Below are positions 47,688 through 54,973 of a stretch of DNA of 54,973 bases, one piece after another. Every line of letters begins with the position of its first letter. Position 1 is the stretch's first letter. The notes beneath the pieces were generated by a model, which was not told the origin of the DNA, searched no databases, and saw only the letters and a program-made list of their open reading frames with translations. The translations under genes were made by a program, and so were the position numbers. This DNA comes from a virus (taxonomy: Duplodnaviria > Caudoviricetes). The DNA is taken from positions 1-54,973 of the IMG/VR virus record IMGVR_UViG_3300025141_012176, one strand, 5' to 3'.

Positions 47688-48955
47688 AACATCACTATGT
47701 TCTGTGATGCATCCTGTGCCGGAGCTTGTGCCTCCTCTGTCTGCAAGGCATCAACGAAGTTCTCATACATTATTTCATCTGTAAAGTTTGTAGTTACATA
47801 CTTCTTTAGCTTCTTGGCTCGGTTTTTTGCCTTGCTATATGATTCTTTTACATTTCTCATTTGCTCTTTAAAGCTAGACTCTTCAGGGTAACACCACATT
47901 GATCCGTTCTCTATGACTCCCTCCCAAAGCGCATCTTTTTGTACGGGGCCCAATGTGAATTCTACTCTCGAAAATAATGGGCGGGTTTTAACTTTTCCGG
48001 TTTTCTTATCCTTTAGTGGTGCATATAAAAAGTCGTTCTGCCCACTCCAGCCTGGTGCAATGACAGGCAAGCCGTAATAGGCAGCCTCAAAGATTGGCAG
48101 CCCGTAGCCCTCGCCGTGAGCGATGGTTACGAAAGCCTTAATCTTTTCATGTTGGTATAAAGCCGAAAGCTCTTCTTCTGACATGTTTCCATGAAGAAGA
48201 TATACCTTACACTTGCTATCCTTAAAGTTTTCCATTATCTGCCTGATGTTCATTTCCGTATGGTTTTTATCCATAAGACAATTTTTAGCCAGACTGGTTT
48301 TTAGCACCAAACCAACTTCTTCGTCCTTAAATTCCTGCATAAACCAAGCAATTGTATTTGGAAGATTCTTTCTTGGGCCAAACTGTGCAATTGCTAAAAA
48401 ATTAAAATCATAATCTAGATTTAGCTCAAAGTCTTCTTCTGGCTTCTTTGCTCGGACAGGATAATTAACGACACTTATCGGAGTTTCGCTTTTTAGTGTA
48501 ACCTCTTGCCCTGTTTCGGGATGAGGTGCCTTATATACAGTGTTCATGAACACCTCTTTAGAATGATTGGATACAACAATAATTTTATCCATGTGATTGC
48601 AAGCCTCCAGCCAGACTGGTGCAGCCTTTGTAGTCTCTATCCCTGCTGTATATCCAATGTTGATGGGTGCCATATTTTGGAACTCGTTAGGAATCGTTAT
48701 CTGCAAAGATATATCATACTGCGCGCCTGTGTGGGGTGACTGTTCGTAGTCTCTGGTTTTAATACACAGGGAGTCGATCCATGCATGCTCTGGTGTATCA
48801 TCCTGTATCCAACTAGTTTTGCCCCAATTGATTGGATGCACATATATATCATACATATGCTGATGTTCTCTAAGCGCTCTTAGTGCGAACCTAGCCTGCT
48901 CTCCATATCCTGAGCGCGTTAGTACGGGCCCATGAACTATTATTTTCTTTCTCAT
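47684..48955 (-). CDS. GT-B (GT4-like) glycosyltransferase
   Basis: GPVLTRSGYG, PRKNL, HGEGYGLPIFEAAYYGLPVIA. Confidence 0.88.
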   Translation of the reverse strand: MRKKIIVHGPVLTRSGYGEQARFALRALREHQHMYDIYVHPINWGKTSWIQDDTPEHAWIDSLCIKTRDYEQSPHTGAQYDISLQITIPNEFQNMAPINIGYTAGIETTKAAPVWLEACNHMDKIIVVSNHSKEVFMNTVYKAPHPETGQEVTLKSETPISVVNYPVRAKKPEEDFELNLDYDFNFLAIAQFGPRKNLPNTIAWFMQEFKDEEVGLVLKTSLAKNCLMDKNHTEMNIRQIMENFKDSKCKVYLLHGNMSEEELSALYQHEKIKAFVTIAHGEGYGLPIFEAAYYGLPVIAPGWSGQNDFLYAPLKDKKTGKVKTRPLFSRVEFTLGPVQKDALWEGVIENGSMWCYPEESSFKEQMRNVKESYSKAKNRAKKLKKYVTTNFTDEIMYENFVDALQTEEAQAPAQDASQNIVML

Positions 48956-50226
48956 GCTATCTCCTTAAGTGTCCAGTTTTTGTATAGTTTCCTGTCTTTC
49001 CATGAGCCATGTTTTTCATAAACGCTATCCATAAGCTCTACCCATTTCTTTGCAAAATCTTCAAAATTATAATTCTTTCTTACATGTCCCAATCCCTTTC
49101 TGCTAAGTTCTCTCCTATCTCCTTCTGGCATATTCATCATCTTTGTCAAAGCATCCATAAAATCTTCTTTATTGATTCTGTCTTCAAAGATATATGGTAC
49201 CTGCTGAGAACCAATGAGAGCCTTGGACGATGGCTCAATGCCTATTCCGAACCACTCTTCGCCGTCTGTGAGTTGCTCCTTCAGTCCACCAGTCATGGTG
49301 GCGATGATTGGAGTGCCGGTGCTCAATGACTCTAGAGTAGCCAATCCAAACCCTTCGGCATCAGAAATGTTAATAGTGCAATCTGCCATGTTATAAAGAT
49401 TATTCAGATACTGAGGAGGGAGCTTGTCGATCGACAACATAAGCTCTTTGTTCGTTAACCCAAACTTCTGACATAAATGCACTAATGGCTGCCCATGCGC
49501 ATCGTTAGGATCAGTATGCATGACTAGCCTTGCTTTATCTCTACCAACTCTATCCAAGAATTCGTTAAACCAATATATCAAAGTTCCAGATTGTTTTCTT
49601 CTTGCGTTGCGATTGTTCCAGAAAAAAGTGAACCTAGGTTCAATATCGTCCATAGACTCAACCCCAAACAGATCAATCATGAAAGGCTCTATGTCTTCTT
49701 TCTGGAGCGGGTGAAAGAACTCTGGATCAATTGCGTGAGGGACATAGTGCCTTTCCACATCTGGGGCGACAATTGAAACAATATCGTCGGTAACTTTAGA
49801 TATCGTTGCGACAACATCATTAGATTGATAAAAAACTTTATTGAATTCTGGTGCTGGATAATTATCCCAGACATGATAATATACCATTGGTACATTCGCT
49901 CGGATTTCGTCTTCTATTTCCCACAGCCATCCCCAAAATCTAGGATCCGTCATGAACCATAGGATATCTGGTTTTTCGGAGCGCAGACAGGAACGGATAT
50001 GTTCCTGTGTGCCATAATTGTCTACTGGCAATATTCTCCAATCATCCATATATGGCTCAACCTTTGACATCTCATAATTTTCATGGCTGATTGCCCCTCC
50101 GAAGCTAAGTACTTCGTATCTTCCTGTCTTCAGCAAAGCTTCGATAACATATTTTGTTTGCGTCCCAACCCCAGAAGGAGACAGAGGATGATCAGAAATC
50201 GTTAAAATTTTAATTTTTTTATTCAT
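48952..50226 (-). CDS. GT-B (GT4-like) glycosyltransferase
   Basis: SDHPLSPSGVG, NRNARRK, AEGFGLATLESLSTGTPII. Confidence 0.88.
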   Translation of the reverse strand: MNKKIKILTISDHPLSPSGVGTQTKYVIEALLKTGRYEVLSFGGAISHENYEMSKVEPYMDDWRILPVDNYGTQEHIRSCLRSEKPDILWFMTDPRFWGWLWEIEDEIRANVPMVYYHVWDNYPAPEFNKVFYQSNDVVATISKVTDDIVSIVAPDVERHYVPHAIDPEFFHPLQKEDIEPFMIDLFGVESMDDIEPRFTFFWNNRNARRKQSGTLIYWFNEFLDRVGRDKARLVMHTDPNDAHGQPLVHLCQKFGLTNKELMLSIDKLPPQYLNNLYNMADCTINISDAEGFGLATLESLSTGTPIIATMTGGLKEQLTDGEEWFGIGIEPSSKALIGSQQVPYIFEDRINKEDFMDALTKMMNMPEGDRRELSRKGLGHVRKNYNFEDFAKKWVELMDSVYEKHGSWKDRKLYKNWTLKEIA

Positions 50227-50238
50227 ATTTTCCTTCTT

Positions 50239-51003
50239 TTAAGTACAGTGTACTGTTTTGTAAAATTCACACTTTTGGCAGGCTAAACGATTCTTGACGC
50301 AATTGCCGGCTTTGATATTTTTGACAGCTTTTGTCAAGAGCGTCAAAGCTCTCTTTGTTTTTAGCTTGCCGCTAGTGACTCTAAAAAATTCAACTTTGTT
50401 CTTCTTTGCTGTTCTTTTCAGGAGAGCAAAGTGAGTCTCGATATTGTCTGGATCTATGCCGTGTTTTTTGGCATAGAAATGCTTGTATAGCGTTAACTGA
50501 TAAGTTGTCATAGGATCCGATTTTCGTCGAGAATCCCACCCCCAAGAGCAAGTCTTCCAATCAAATATATGATATTTGCCATCAGAAGTTTTCACGACTC
50601 CATCGATGAAGCCCTTGAACATATATCCCTCTTCATCTGTTGGCACCATTAGATTTTCTTCAGCGCTGATTACCTTGTAATCTTCAAAATATAAATCCAA
50701 AGCTCCTTCAATCTCTGGGAGGAGACTTAAGCCTTGCTCTCCCATGTCATCAATCAGCTTCTGATCCATTGGCACGCCATCTTCCTCCAGTCCATCGACA
50801 ATTTTGATAAAGCTGGAAAGAAAAACTTCTTCAGGGTTCCTGCGTGACTTTAATAAGATGCCCTCACAAACATTATGCACCGCATTGCCAAACGCAGTGA
50901 ATTCATTGCCGACGAAACCCTTAAGGTTATCAATCTTGATTAATTTGTGATAATAAGCACATTGATCCCAGAGTTTAAGCTCTGAAAAAGATATATGTGA
51001 CAA
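50239..51003 (-). CDS. Cas4-like / PD-(D/E)XK exonuclease with Fe-S cysteines
   Basis: ISFSEL...CAY, FGNAVH, GFIDGV...IFDWKT, YQLTLY, C-terminal CQKCEFYKTVHC. Confidence 0.85.
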   Translation of the reverse strand: MSHISFSELKLWDQCAYYHKLIKIDNLKGFVGNEFTAFGNAVHNVCEGILLKSRRNPEEVFLSSFIKIVDGLEEDGVPMDQKLIDDMGEQGLSLLPEIEGALDLYFEDYKVISAEENLMVPTDEEGYMFKGFIDGVVKTSDGKYHIFDWKTCSWGWDSRRKSDPMTTYQLTLYKHFYAKKHGIDPDNIETHFALLKRTAKKNKVEFFRVTSGKLKTKRALTLLTKAVKNIKAGNCVKNRLACQKCEFYKTVHCT

Positions 51004-51004
51004 T

Positions 51005-51364
51005 CTACACCTCTTTTTTAGTTGTTTTCTTTTTTATGCCGTATGACTTCGACGAAGTAGCTTTTTTTGCCGGCTTGCTTGTAGTTGCCGCGGCTTTCTT
51101 AACTTTTTTAACTGGCTTAACTGGCTCAGAGAATATCCACTCAGCAGACATTGTTTTTGGATATCTTGTATCCAATGTGTCGTTTTTTAAAAGTTCTCCA
51201 AACTCAATATTGTTCTGCTTTAGAAGCTTTTTAATTTCTTGAGAGTTTGCATATTTTATCTCAAGAGTTGCTTCCGAAGGCTTCGGGGTTTTAAAAGATG
51301 CGGAAACTATAATTTTTCCACCCTCTCTGTTGATTGTTAAATCTTTAAAATTAATGTCCATCAT
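51005..51364 (-). CDS. hypothetical protein with Lys/Ala-rich histone H1-like C-terminal tail
   Basis: KPVKKVKKAAATTSKPAKKATSSKSYGIKKKTTKKEV; GGAG SD. Confidence 0.65.
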   Translation of the reverse strand: MMDINFKDLTINREGGKIIVSASFKTPKPSEATLEIKYANSQEIKKLLKQNNIEFGELLKNDTLDTRYPKTMSAEWIFSEPVKPVKKVKKAAATTSKPAKKATSSKSYGIKKKTTKKEV

Positions 51365-52106
51365 ATTCTCCTATTTCTAAAGTGTTCAAAATTTTATAAA
51401 GTGCTGGGCTTACTTTTCCCAAATATTCGCGAAGCTTCATATCAACAAAATAATCTTCAAATCCTGTTGAAAAATACTCTGACAATGATGTTATGGCATA
51501 CGGAGTATTAAGATATTCTTTTGTCAAATTAAGGATCGTTGGATATCCTATTTCCTTAGCCAAATAGACATCTAATTCTTCATTAAATTCTAGTTCTTTA
51601 AGAAAATGTCTCATATATTTATCTACTCCCTCAAATTCAGGATAATTGAGCATAGTAAAGAAAAGTTTCCTTCGCTTCCCCAAGAACTCTCGTGATAGCT
51701 TGCCATCACTGTAGATAAGTCCACCATGTTTTTCCTCTAATGAGTGGGCGAATTCGTGGATAATGTCGTCAACCATGTCTTTGGCACTACTCTGAATGTT
51801 TGATACATATATCGCGCCAGCATCGTACATGGCGTTGATATCCCTGCTCTCAAAAATGTCAAAAGTGCCAATATATATTGAATCGATCTCTTGCATCAGG
51901 TGAGCAGGAACTAAATTTTTTATATTTTCAAGTACTTCCTGCACGGAAACACCCTCTTTATCTGGCTCGGAGGCTTCCATATCGTTTACAATATAAACAT
52001 ATATGTGATTTAAAAAATACTCCTTTTGTGACTTTTTTGCTTCACCAAGGGAATGCAATATTGCTTCTTGTATTTTATTATTCTTCATTGCTTCCGGCCG
52101 ATTCAT
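51351..52106 (-). CDS. HEXXH zincin-like metallopeptidase
   Basis: IIHEFAHSLE plus downstream YAITSLSEYFSTGFEDY (third ligand Glu, MtfA/lethal-factor-like pattern). Confidence 0.6.
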   Translation of the reverse strand: MNRPEAMKNNKIQEAILHSLGEAKKSQKEYFLNHIYVYIVNDMEASEPDKEGVSVQEVLENIKNLVPAHLMQEIDSIYIGTFDIFESRDINAMYDAGAIYVSNIQSSAKDMVDDIIHEFAHSLEEKHGGLIYSDGKLSREFLGKRRKLFFTMLNYPEFEGVDKYMRHFLKELEFNEELDVYLAKEIGYPTILNLTKEYLNTPYAITSLSEYFSTGFEDYFVDMKLREYLGKVSPALYKILNTLEIGEYDGH

Positions 52107-52314
52107 TCATGAGTCTTTCGCCCTCAGAAACATCAGCTAAACCCTGCTCGTATCCACGAATCCAGTTTTCTTCAGCCACTAGCATTAAGAATTCTGGGAA
52201 CTCTTCTGCTAGAACTTCTACAATCATTTCAACAGTAACTTCTTCATCAGAAGATAGTTTCTCTCCCACATAATCGATTATAAAATCTTTCAGTGGCGTC
52301 TCTTTGTCCGTCAT
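52078..52314 (-). CDS. small acidic hypothetical protein
   Basis: 78 aa, GAGG SD, first gene after sigma70-like promoter. Confidence 0.7.
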   Translation of the reverse strand: MTDKETPLKDFIIDYVGEKLSSDEEVTVEMIVEVLAEEFPEFLMLVAEENWIRGYEQGLADVSEGERLMNESAGSNEE

Positions 52315-52342
52315 GCTCTGACCTCTTTAAGTTAACTCCTAT

Positions 52343-52371
52343 AATATAACCCAAATTGGATGCAATGTCAA
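52343..52371 (-). promoter_or_regulatory. sigma70-like (early) promoter
   Basis: TTGACA (52371-52366), 17-nt spacer, TATATT (52348-52343) in an intergenic gap. Confidence 0.75.
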
Positions 52372-52378
52372 GTATTAA

Positions 52379-53734
52379 TTATAAATTTTTTGCTGCGACA
52401 GTTGCCAACTTAGATCTCTCGCCCTTTCTTAAGGTAACATGCCCAGCAATGTCAAACTTCTTCAGCCTCTCTACGGCATGAACTAGGCCTGTCGATGTCT
52501 CGTTAATGTAAATGTTGTCTATCTGTTCGATGTCGCCAGTAAGGACAATTTTTGTCCCCTCTCCTGCTCGCGTAAGAATAGTCTTCACTTCATGTCGAGA
52601 GAGGTTTTGCGCCTCATCAATAATGATAAAAGCATTTGCAATGGAACGCCCTCGAATATAAGTGAGCGCTTCCATCTCGATGATGCCCTTCTCCATGTAC
52701 ATTTCCAGTGTAGAGTTGTCGTCGCCTGTAAGGTACTTCAGGTTATCCTCAATAGGAGCCAACCATGGCTTCATCTTATCTTCTACATCGCCGGGAAGGA
52801 AACCAATGTCTTTTCCCATAGGCTGTATGGGGCGGGACACGATTAAACGCTTATATAAGCCGCCTGAGAAGCCCTTGTCGTTGAAAGCCGTGCTCATTGC
52901 CGTCTCTCTGCCTACGACTTGCTCTAGTCCCGCTGCAATGGCTAATAGTGTCTTTCCTGAGCCTGCCTTGCCAATGAGAGATACAATCTGGATTTCTGGA
53001 TTCATTAGCAAATCAAGAGCGAATGTCTGCTCTTTGTTTCTGGCCCTTACTCCCCAGAGCTTTTCCTTGTATGCTCTGATGGGCTGTAGTGGCCACATGT
53101 AACCCAAGAAGCGACAGAGGGCAGTCTTCTTCTCATTTGTGTTGGAGACGAGCATAATAAACTGGTTCGGGAGCAATCCAACTTTATCGTCTTTTTCAAT
53201 GAAGACACTTTCTCCAGAGTAGAACTGATCAACCACTTGCTCATCGACGAGATACTTGACAAAGCCTGAATAAAGCTCGCTTTCTTTCCTTATTGCCTGA
53301 TTCTTGTTGTAATCCTCTGACAGAATACCGATGGAGTCAGCGATGACTCGCATGTTGATGTCGCGACTTACAAGAATAACTTTTCTTTTGTCATGAAAAG
53401 ATTTTTCTGTGAGAGCAGTAGAAATAATGATGTGATCGTTATGCTCGCAATCCAAATCATCAGGCAAAGCTGAAACTCCATGCGAAGCAACCTTTAAGAT
53501 GCCCTTGCCCTTTCCGAGTCTCACGCCCTTTTGGAGCGTTCCTTTTGTGCGCAACTCATCAAATTTACGAATGATGCTTCTCGCCATGGCTCCGACAGTA
53601 TCCTGTCGCTTCTTGTGCCCATCGATCTCCTCTAACACCTTGAGAGGAATAACGATGTCGTTATTGTCGTAGTCAAAGATACAGTTGGCATCAGACAAGC
53701 AGACACTGGTGTCCAAAACATAAATTTTCTTCAT
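52379..53734 (-). CDS. phoH: PIN-PhoH fusion protein (PhoH2/YlaK-like)
   Basis: N-terminal PIN (YVLDTSV, VLEEID, NDHII, SRDINMR), Walker A GKAGSGKT, IGFLPG, YIRGRS, IIDEAQN, GDIEQID. Confidence 0.92.
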   Translation of the reverse strand: MKKIYVLDTSVCLSDANCIFDYDNNDIVIPLKVLEEIDGHKKRQDTVGAMARSIIRKFDELRTKGTLQKGVRLGKGKGILKVASHGVSALPDDLDCEHNDHIIISTALTEKSFHDKRKVILVSRDINMRVIADSIGILSEDYNKNQAIRKESELYSGFVKYLVDEQVVDQFYSGESVFIEKDDKVGLLPNQFIMLVSNTNEKKTALCRFLGYMWPLQPIRAYKEKLWGVRARNKEQTFALDLLMNPEIQIVSLIGKAGSGKTLLAIAAGLEQVVGRETAMSTAFNDKGFSGGLYKRLIVSRPIQPMGKDIGFLPGDVEDKMKPWLAPIEDNLKYLTGDDNSTLEMYMEKGIIEMEALTYIRGRSIANAFIIIDEAQNLSRHEVKTILTRAGEGTKIVLTGDIEQIDNIYINETSTGLVHAVERLKKFDIAGHVTLRKGERSKLATVAAKNL

Positions 53735-53768
53735 TTACTTTCCTTTTGCGAGCCTTGACCCTTACTGA

Positions 53769-53776
53769 TAAATAGT
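53769..53776 (-). promoter_or_regulatory. putative late promoter motif ACTATTTA
   Basis: Directly after the terminator and ~35 nt upstream of the phoH ATG. Confidence 0.5.
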
Positions 53777-53779
53777 TCC

Positions 53780-53815
53780 AGAAAGAAGAAAGCCACCGAC
53801 AAAGCGATGGCTTTC
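53780..53815 (-). terminator. Rho-independent terminator
   Basis: Minus-strand hairpin GAAAGCCAUCG-CUUUGU-CGGUGGCUUUC followed by UUCUUUCU. Confidence 0.7.
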
Positions 53816-53820
53816 AAAGA

Positions 53821-53925
53821 AGAAGAGAGGGCGAAAGGGCTTTTTCGAGTCACCAATGGTTTTAGGCTAACTCAGTCCAGCCAACGGACTTAGGGGGGGG
53901 TAGTTATTTTTCCACCCTCTCTTCT
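53821..53925 (-). ncRNA. candidate structured RNA element (3' UTR or small RNA)
   Basis: 16-bp closing stem AGAAGAGAGGGUGGAA / UUUCGCCCUCUCUUCU with G-U pairs on the minus strand, enclosing a C8 run and possible small hairpins. Confidence 0.35.
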
Positions 53926-54083
53926 AAACACTCTGTAATTTGTAATATTTTTGCTGCGTCTTTGTTTCCTGTAACAACTTGATAAATTAATGTGCCCACC
54001 ACCGAGGCGACAATGGAGCCAAAGATGGTCCCGATTCCAAATGCGATATATGCCGCACCGGCTTTCTTGAGTTTATTGAACAT
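53904..54083 (-). CDS. small single-pass membrane protein (59 aa, not in ORF track)
   Basis: MFNKLKKAGAAYIAFGIGTIFGSIVASVVGTLIYQVVTGNKDAAKILQITECLEERVEK; G-rich SD upstream. Confidence 0.65.
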   Translation of the reverse strand: MFNKLKKAGAAYIAFGIGTIFGSIVASVVGTLIYQVVTGNKDAAKILQITECLEERVEK

Positions 54084-54114
54084 TCCATTTTACCCCCCAA
54101 GATGTTCATACTCA

Positions 54115-54122
54115 TAAATAGT
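54115..54122 (-). promoter_or_regulatory. putative late promoter motif ACTATTTA
   Basis: ~31 nt upstream of the ATG at 54083. Confidence 0.45.
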
Positions 54123-54149
54123 CGGTAATATTTCTTAAAGATAATCATT

Positions 54150-54443
54150 TTATAATTTATATAACCAATAGTTTGCGGTAAGTTCTTCGCCTTCTTTTAT
54201 ATCCTTAATGCTTCTTAAGCTTATCACTTCAAAATTCTCATAAGCTTCACAGTTTGGATATTCTGAATGGTTAAAAAACCCTCCAAGTGGTGTTCTACAA
54301 TATCCATTTGGAAATCTCCAGTCTTTAACATGGCTGATTCCAAATTCTGTGTTGCAGGGAATGTCTTCCTTTGCGAACAAGCCAATGCCCTCTATATCAG
54401 ATTGATCAATTGTAAGACAATCCGGCAGAGGGCGGTATGACAT
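54150..54443 (-). CDS. minimal SET-domain protein (lysine methyltransferase family)
   Basis: SDIEGIGLFAKEDI (GxG), FFNHSEYPNC (NHS motif), DIKEGEELTANY (ELxxxY). Confidence 0.9.
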   Translation of the reverse strand: MSYRPLPDCLTIDQSDIEGIGLFAKEDIPCNTEFGISHVKDWRFPNGYCRTPLGGFFNHSEYPNCEAYENFEVISLRSIKDIKEGEELTANYWLYKL

Positions 54444-54625
54444 TACTTGTCAGCGTTCTTCGTTTTCTGAACATTCAAACGAAGCTCTTGTGCAAGCAGC
54501 TTTAACTCTTGCATGTTCTTGCGAACTCTTGTTCCTGCTGCTGCATTTCCCTTGTCATAGAACTTTTCACAGTCCTCTTCAGTTGCTGCAACTAATTCTC
54601 TAATTTGTTCTAAAAGATTGCTCAT
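54443..54625 (-). CDS. histone H1-like protein Hc1 family (core only)
   Basis: EEDCEKFYDKGNAAAGTRVRKNMQELKLLAQELR matches the KGNxAAxxRxR signature of Hc1-family proteins; AGGAG SD. Confidence 0.8.
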   Translation of the reverse strand: MSNLLEQIRELVAATEEDCEKFYDKGNAAAGTRVRKNMQELKLLAQELRLNVQKTKNADK

Positions 54626-54643
54626 TTCTTTCTCCTTTCTTAG

Positions 54644-54672
54644 AATATAACACTTTAAAACTTACTTGTCAA
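54644..54672 (-). promoter_or_regulatory. sigma70-like (early) promoter for Hc1-SET
   Basis: TTGACA (54672-54667), 17-nt spacer, TGT-TATATT (-10 hexamer at 54649-54644). Confidence 0.75.
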
Positions 54673-54973
54673 TAACTTTCTTTGTTTTTATCTTCTTTTT
54701 AGTTGTTGTCTTTGTTTTTGTCTTTTTTCTTTTCTTAAGCTCTTTAATGTCTTTCTGGATCTCAGACATACCTTCATCTATTCTTGTTGACTGCTCTTGT
54801 ATGGATTCAATAGCCTTATCACAGCCTTTATCTTCAAGTTCAGTCACCAACCCTGTCTCGTCAGCTTCTTCGTCTTCTGGTGGCTGTTGGGCGACTGCAA
54901 CAGCAGGTGTTGGCTGAGTAGAGGCACATGTCAAGGGTGCTGCTGCTGCGAAGAGTGTCGCAATAACCATCAG
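54662..54973 (-). CDS. hypothetical exported/membrane protein with coiled coil and Lys/Thr-rich tail (probably partial)
   Basis: Frame is open to the window edge; hydrophobic N-terminus, coiled coil, C-terminal KKRKKTKTKTTTKKKIKTKK. Confidence 0.55.
   Translation of the reverse strand: MMVIATLFAAAAPLTCASTQPTPAVAVAQQPPEDEEADETGLVTELEDKGCDKAIESIQEQSTRIDEGMSEIQKDIKELKKRKKTKTKTTTKKKIKTKKVIDK

Noticed and set aside
38357-50226. Bacterial capsule/O-antigen locus (cellular contig or chimera)
   Set aside because: No flippase, polymerase or export genes; the cluster is co-oriented and tightly abuts or overlaps phage-type genes on both sides.
50239-51003. Cas4 as part of a CRISPR-Cas system
   Set aside because: No repeat-spacer array or other cas genes seen; solo Cas4-like nucleases are common in phages.
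53821-53925. tRNA, SRP or tmRNA gene
   Set aside because: No cloverleaf/T-loop, no SRP GGAA domain motif, too short for tmRNA; kept only as an unclassified structured element.
54150-54625. Eukaryotic giant virus origin suggested by SET and histone-like genes
   Set aside because: SD sequences, sigma70 promoters, gp25/gp6 baseplate and a sigma factor indicate a bacteriophage.
219-54917. Plus-strand and nested short ORFs in the six-frame track (e.g. 28482-29150, 24621-25181, 32619-33203)
   Set aside because: They are antisense shadows of long minus-strand genes, Ser-rich, without recognisable motifs.
1-54973. Stop-codon reassignment
   Set aside because: Very long ORFs are intact in the standard code and TAA, TAG and TGA all terminate genes at tight junctions.

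Overview
A ~55 kb segment of a large, lytic-looking myovirus-type (T4-like/jumbo) bacteriophage genome. Essentially every real gene lies on the minus strand and genes are tightly packed, often with overlapping stop/start codons. Read in transcription order (right to left): (1) an early/host-interaction block with an Hc1 histone-like protein coupled to a SET-domain methyltransferase, a small membrane protein with a structured 3' RNA element, PIN-PhoH, a HEXXH zincin, a Lys/Ala-tailed protein and a Cas4-like nuclease; (2) a 13-gene glycosylation / nonulosonic (sialic-like) acid cluster (three GT-B glycosyltransferases, one fused to a Maf-like domain, two NeuB synthases, PseB-like dehydratase, RmlD-like reductase, GNAT, PIG-L deacetylase, formyltransferase, Cst/Maf-like transferase, CMP-sugar synthetase, HAD phosphatase); (3) a gp55-like late sigma factor; (4) a baseplate/tail module (YkuD-like hub protein, gp5-like spike, 2143-aa acidic protein, gp25, gp6, 788-aa and 3967-aa LamG-containing proteins and several smaller virion proteins); (5) RuvC-like resolvase and the start of a primase. 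Most notable: a ~133-aa in-frame module (xxATAT...FTGG) present in four copies across two structural genes, one copy nested inside another; a striking [S/T]-[G/A/S]-S tripeptide enrichment in a subset of virion proteins that may be the sequon for the phage's own glycosylation cluster; a SET + histone-like pair; and two promoter classes (sigma70-like and a CTATTTA motif). All functional calls come from motif recognition by eye; no database searches were run.
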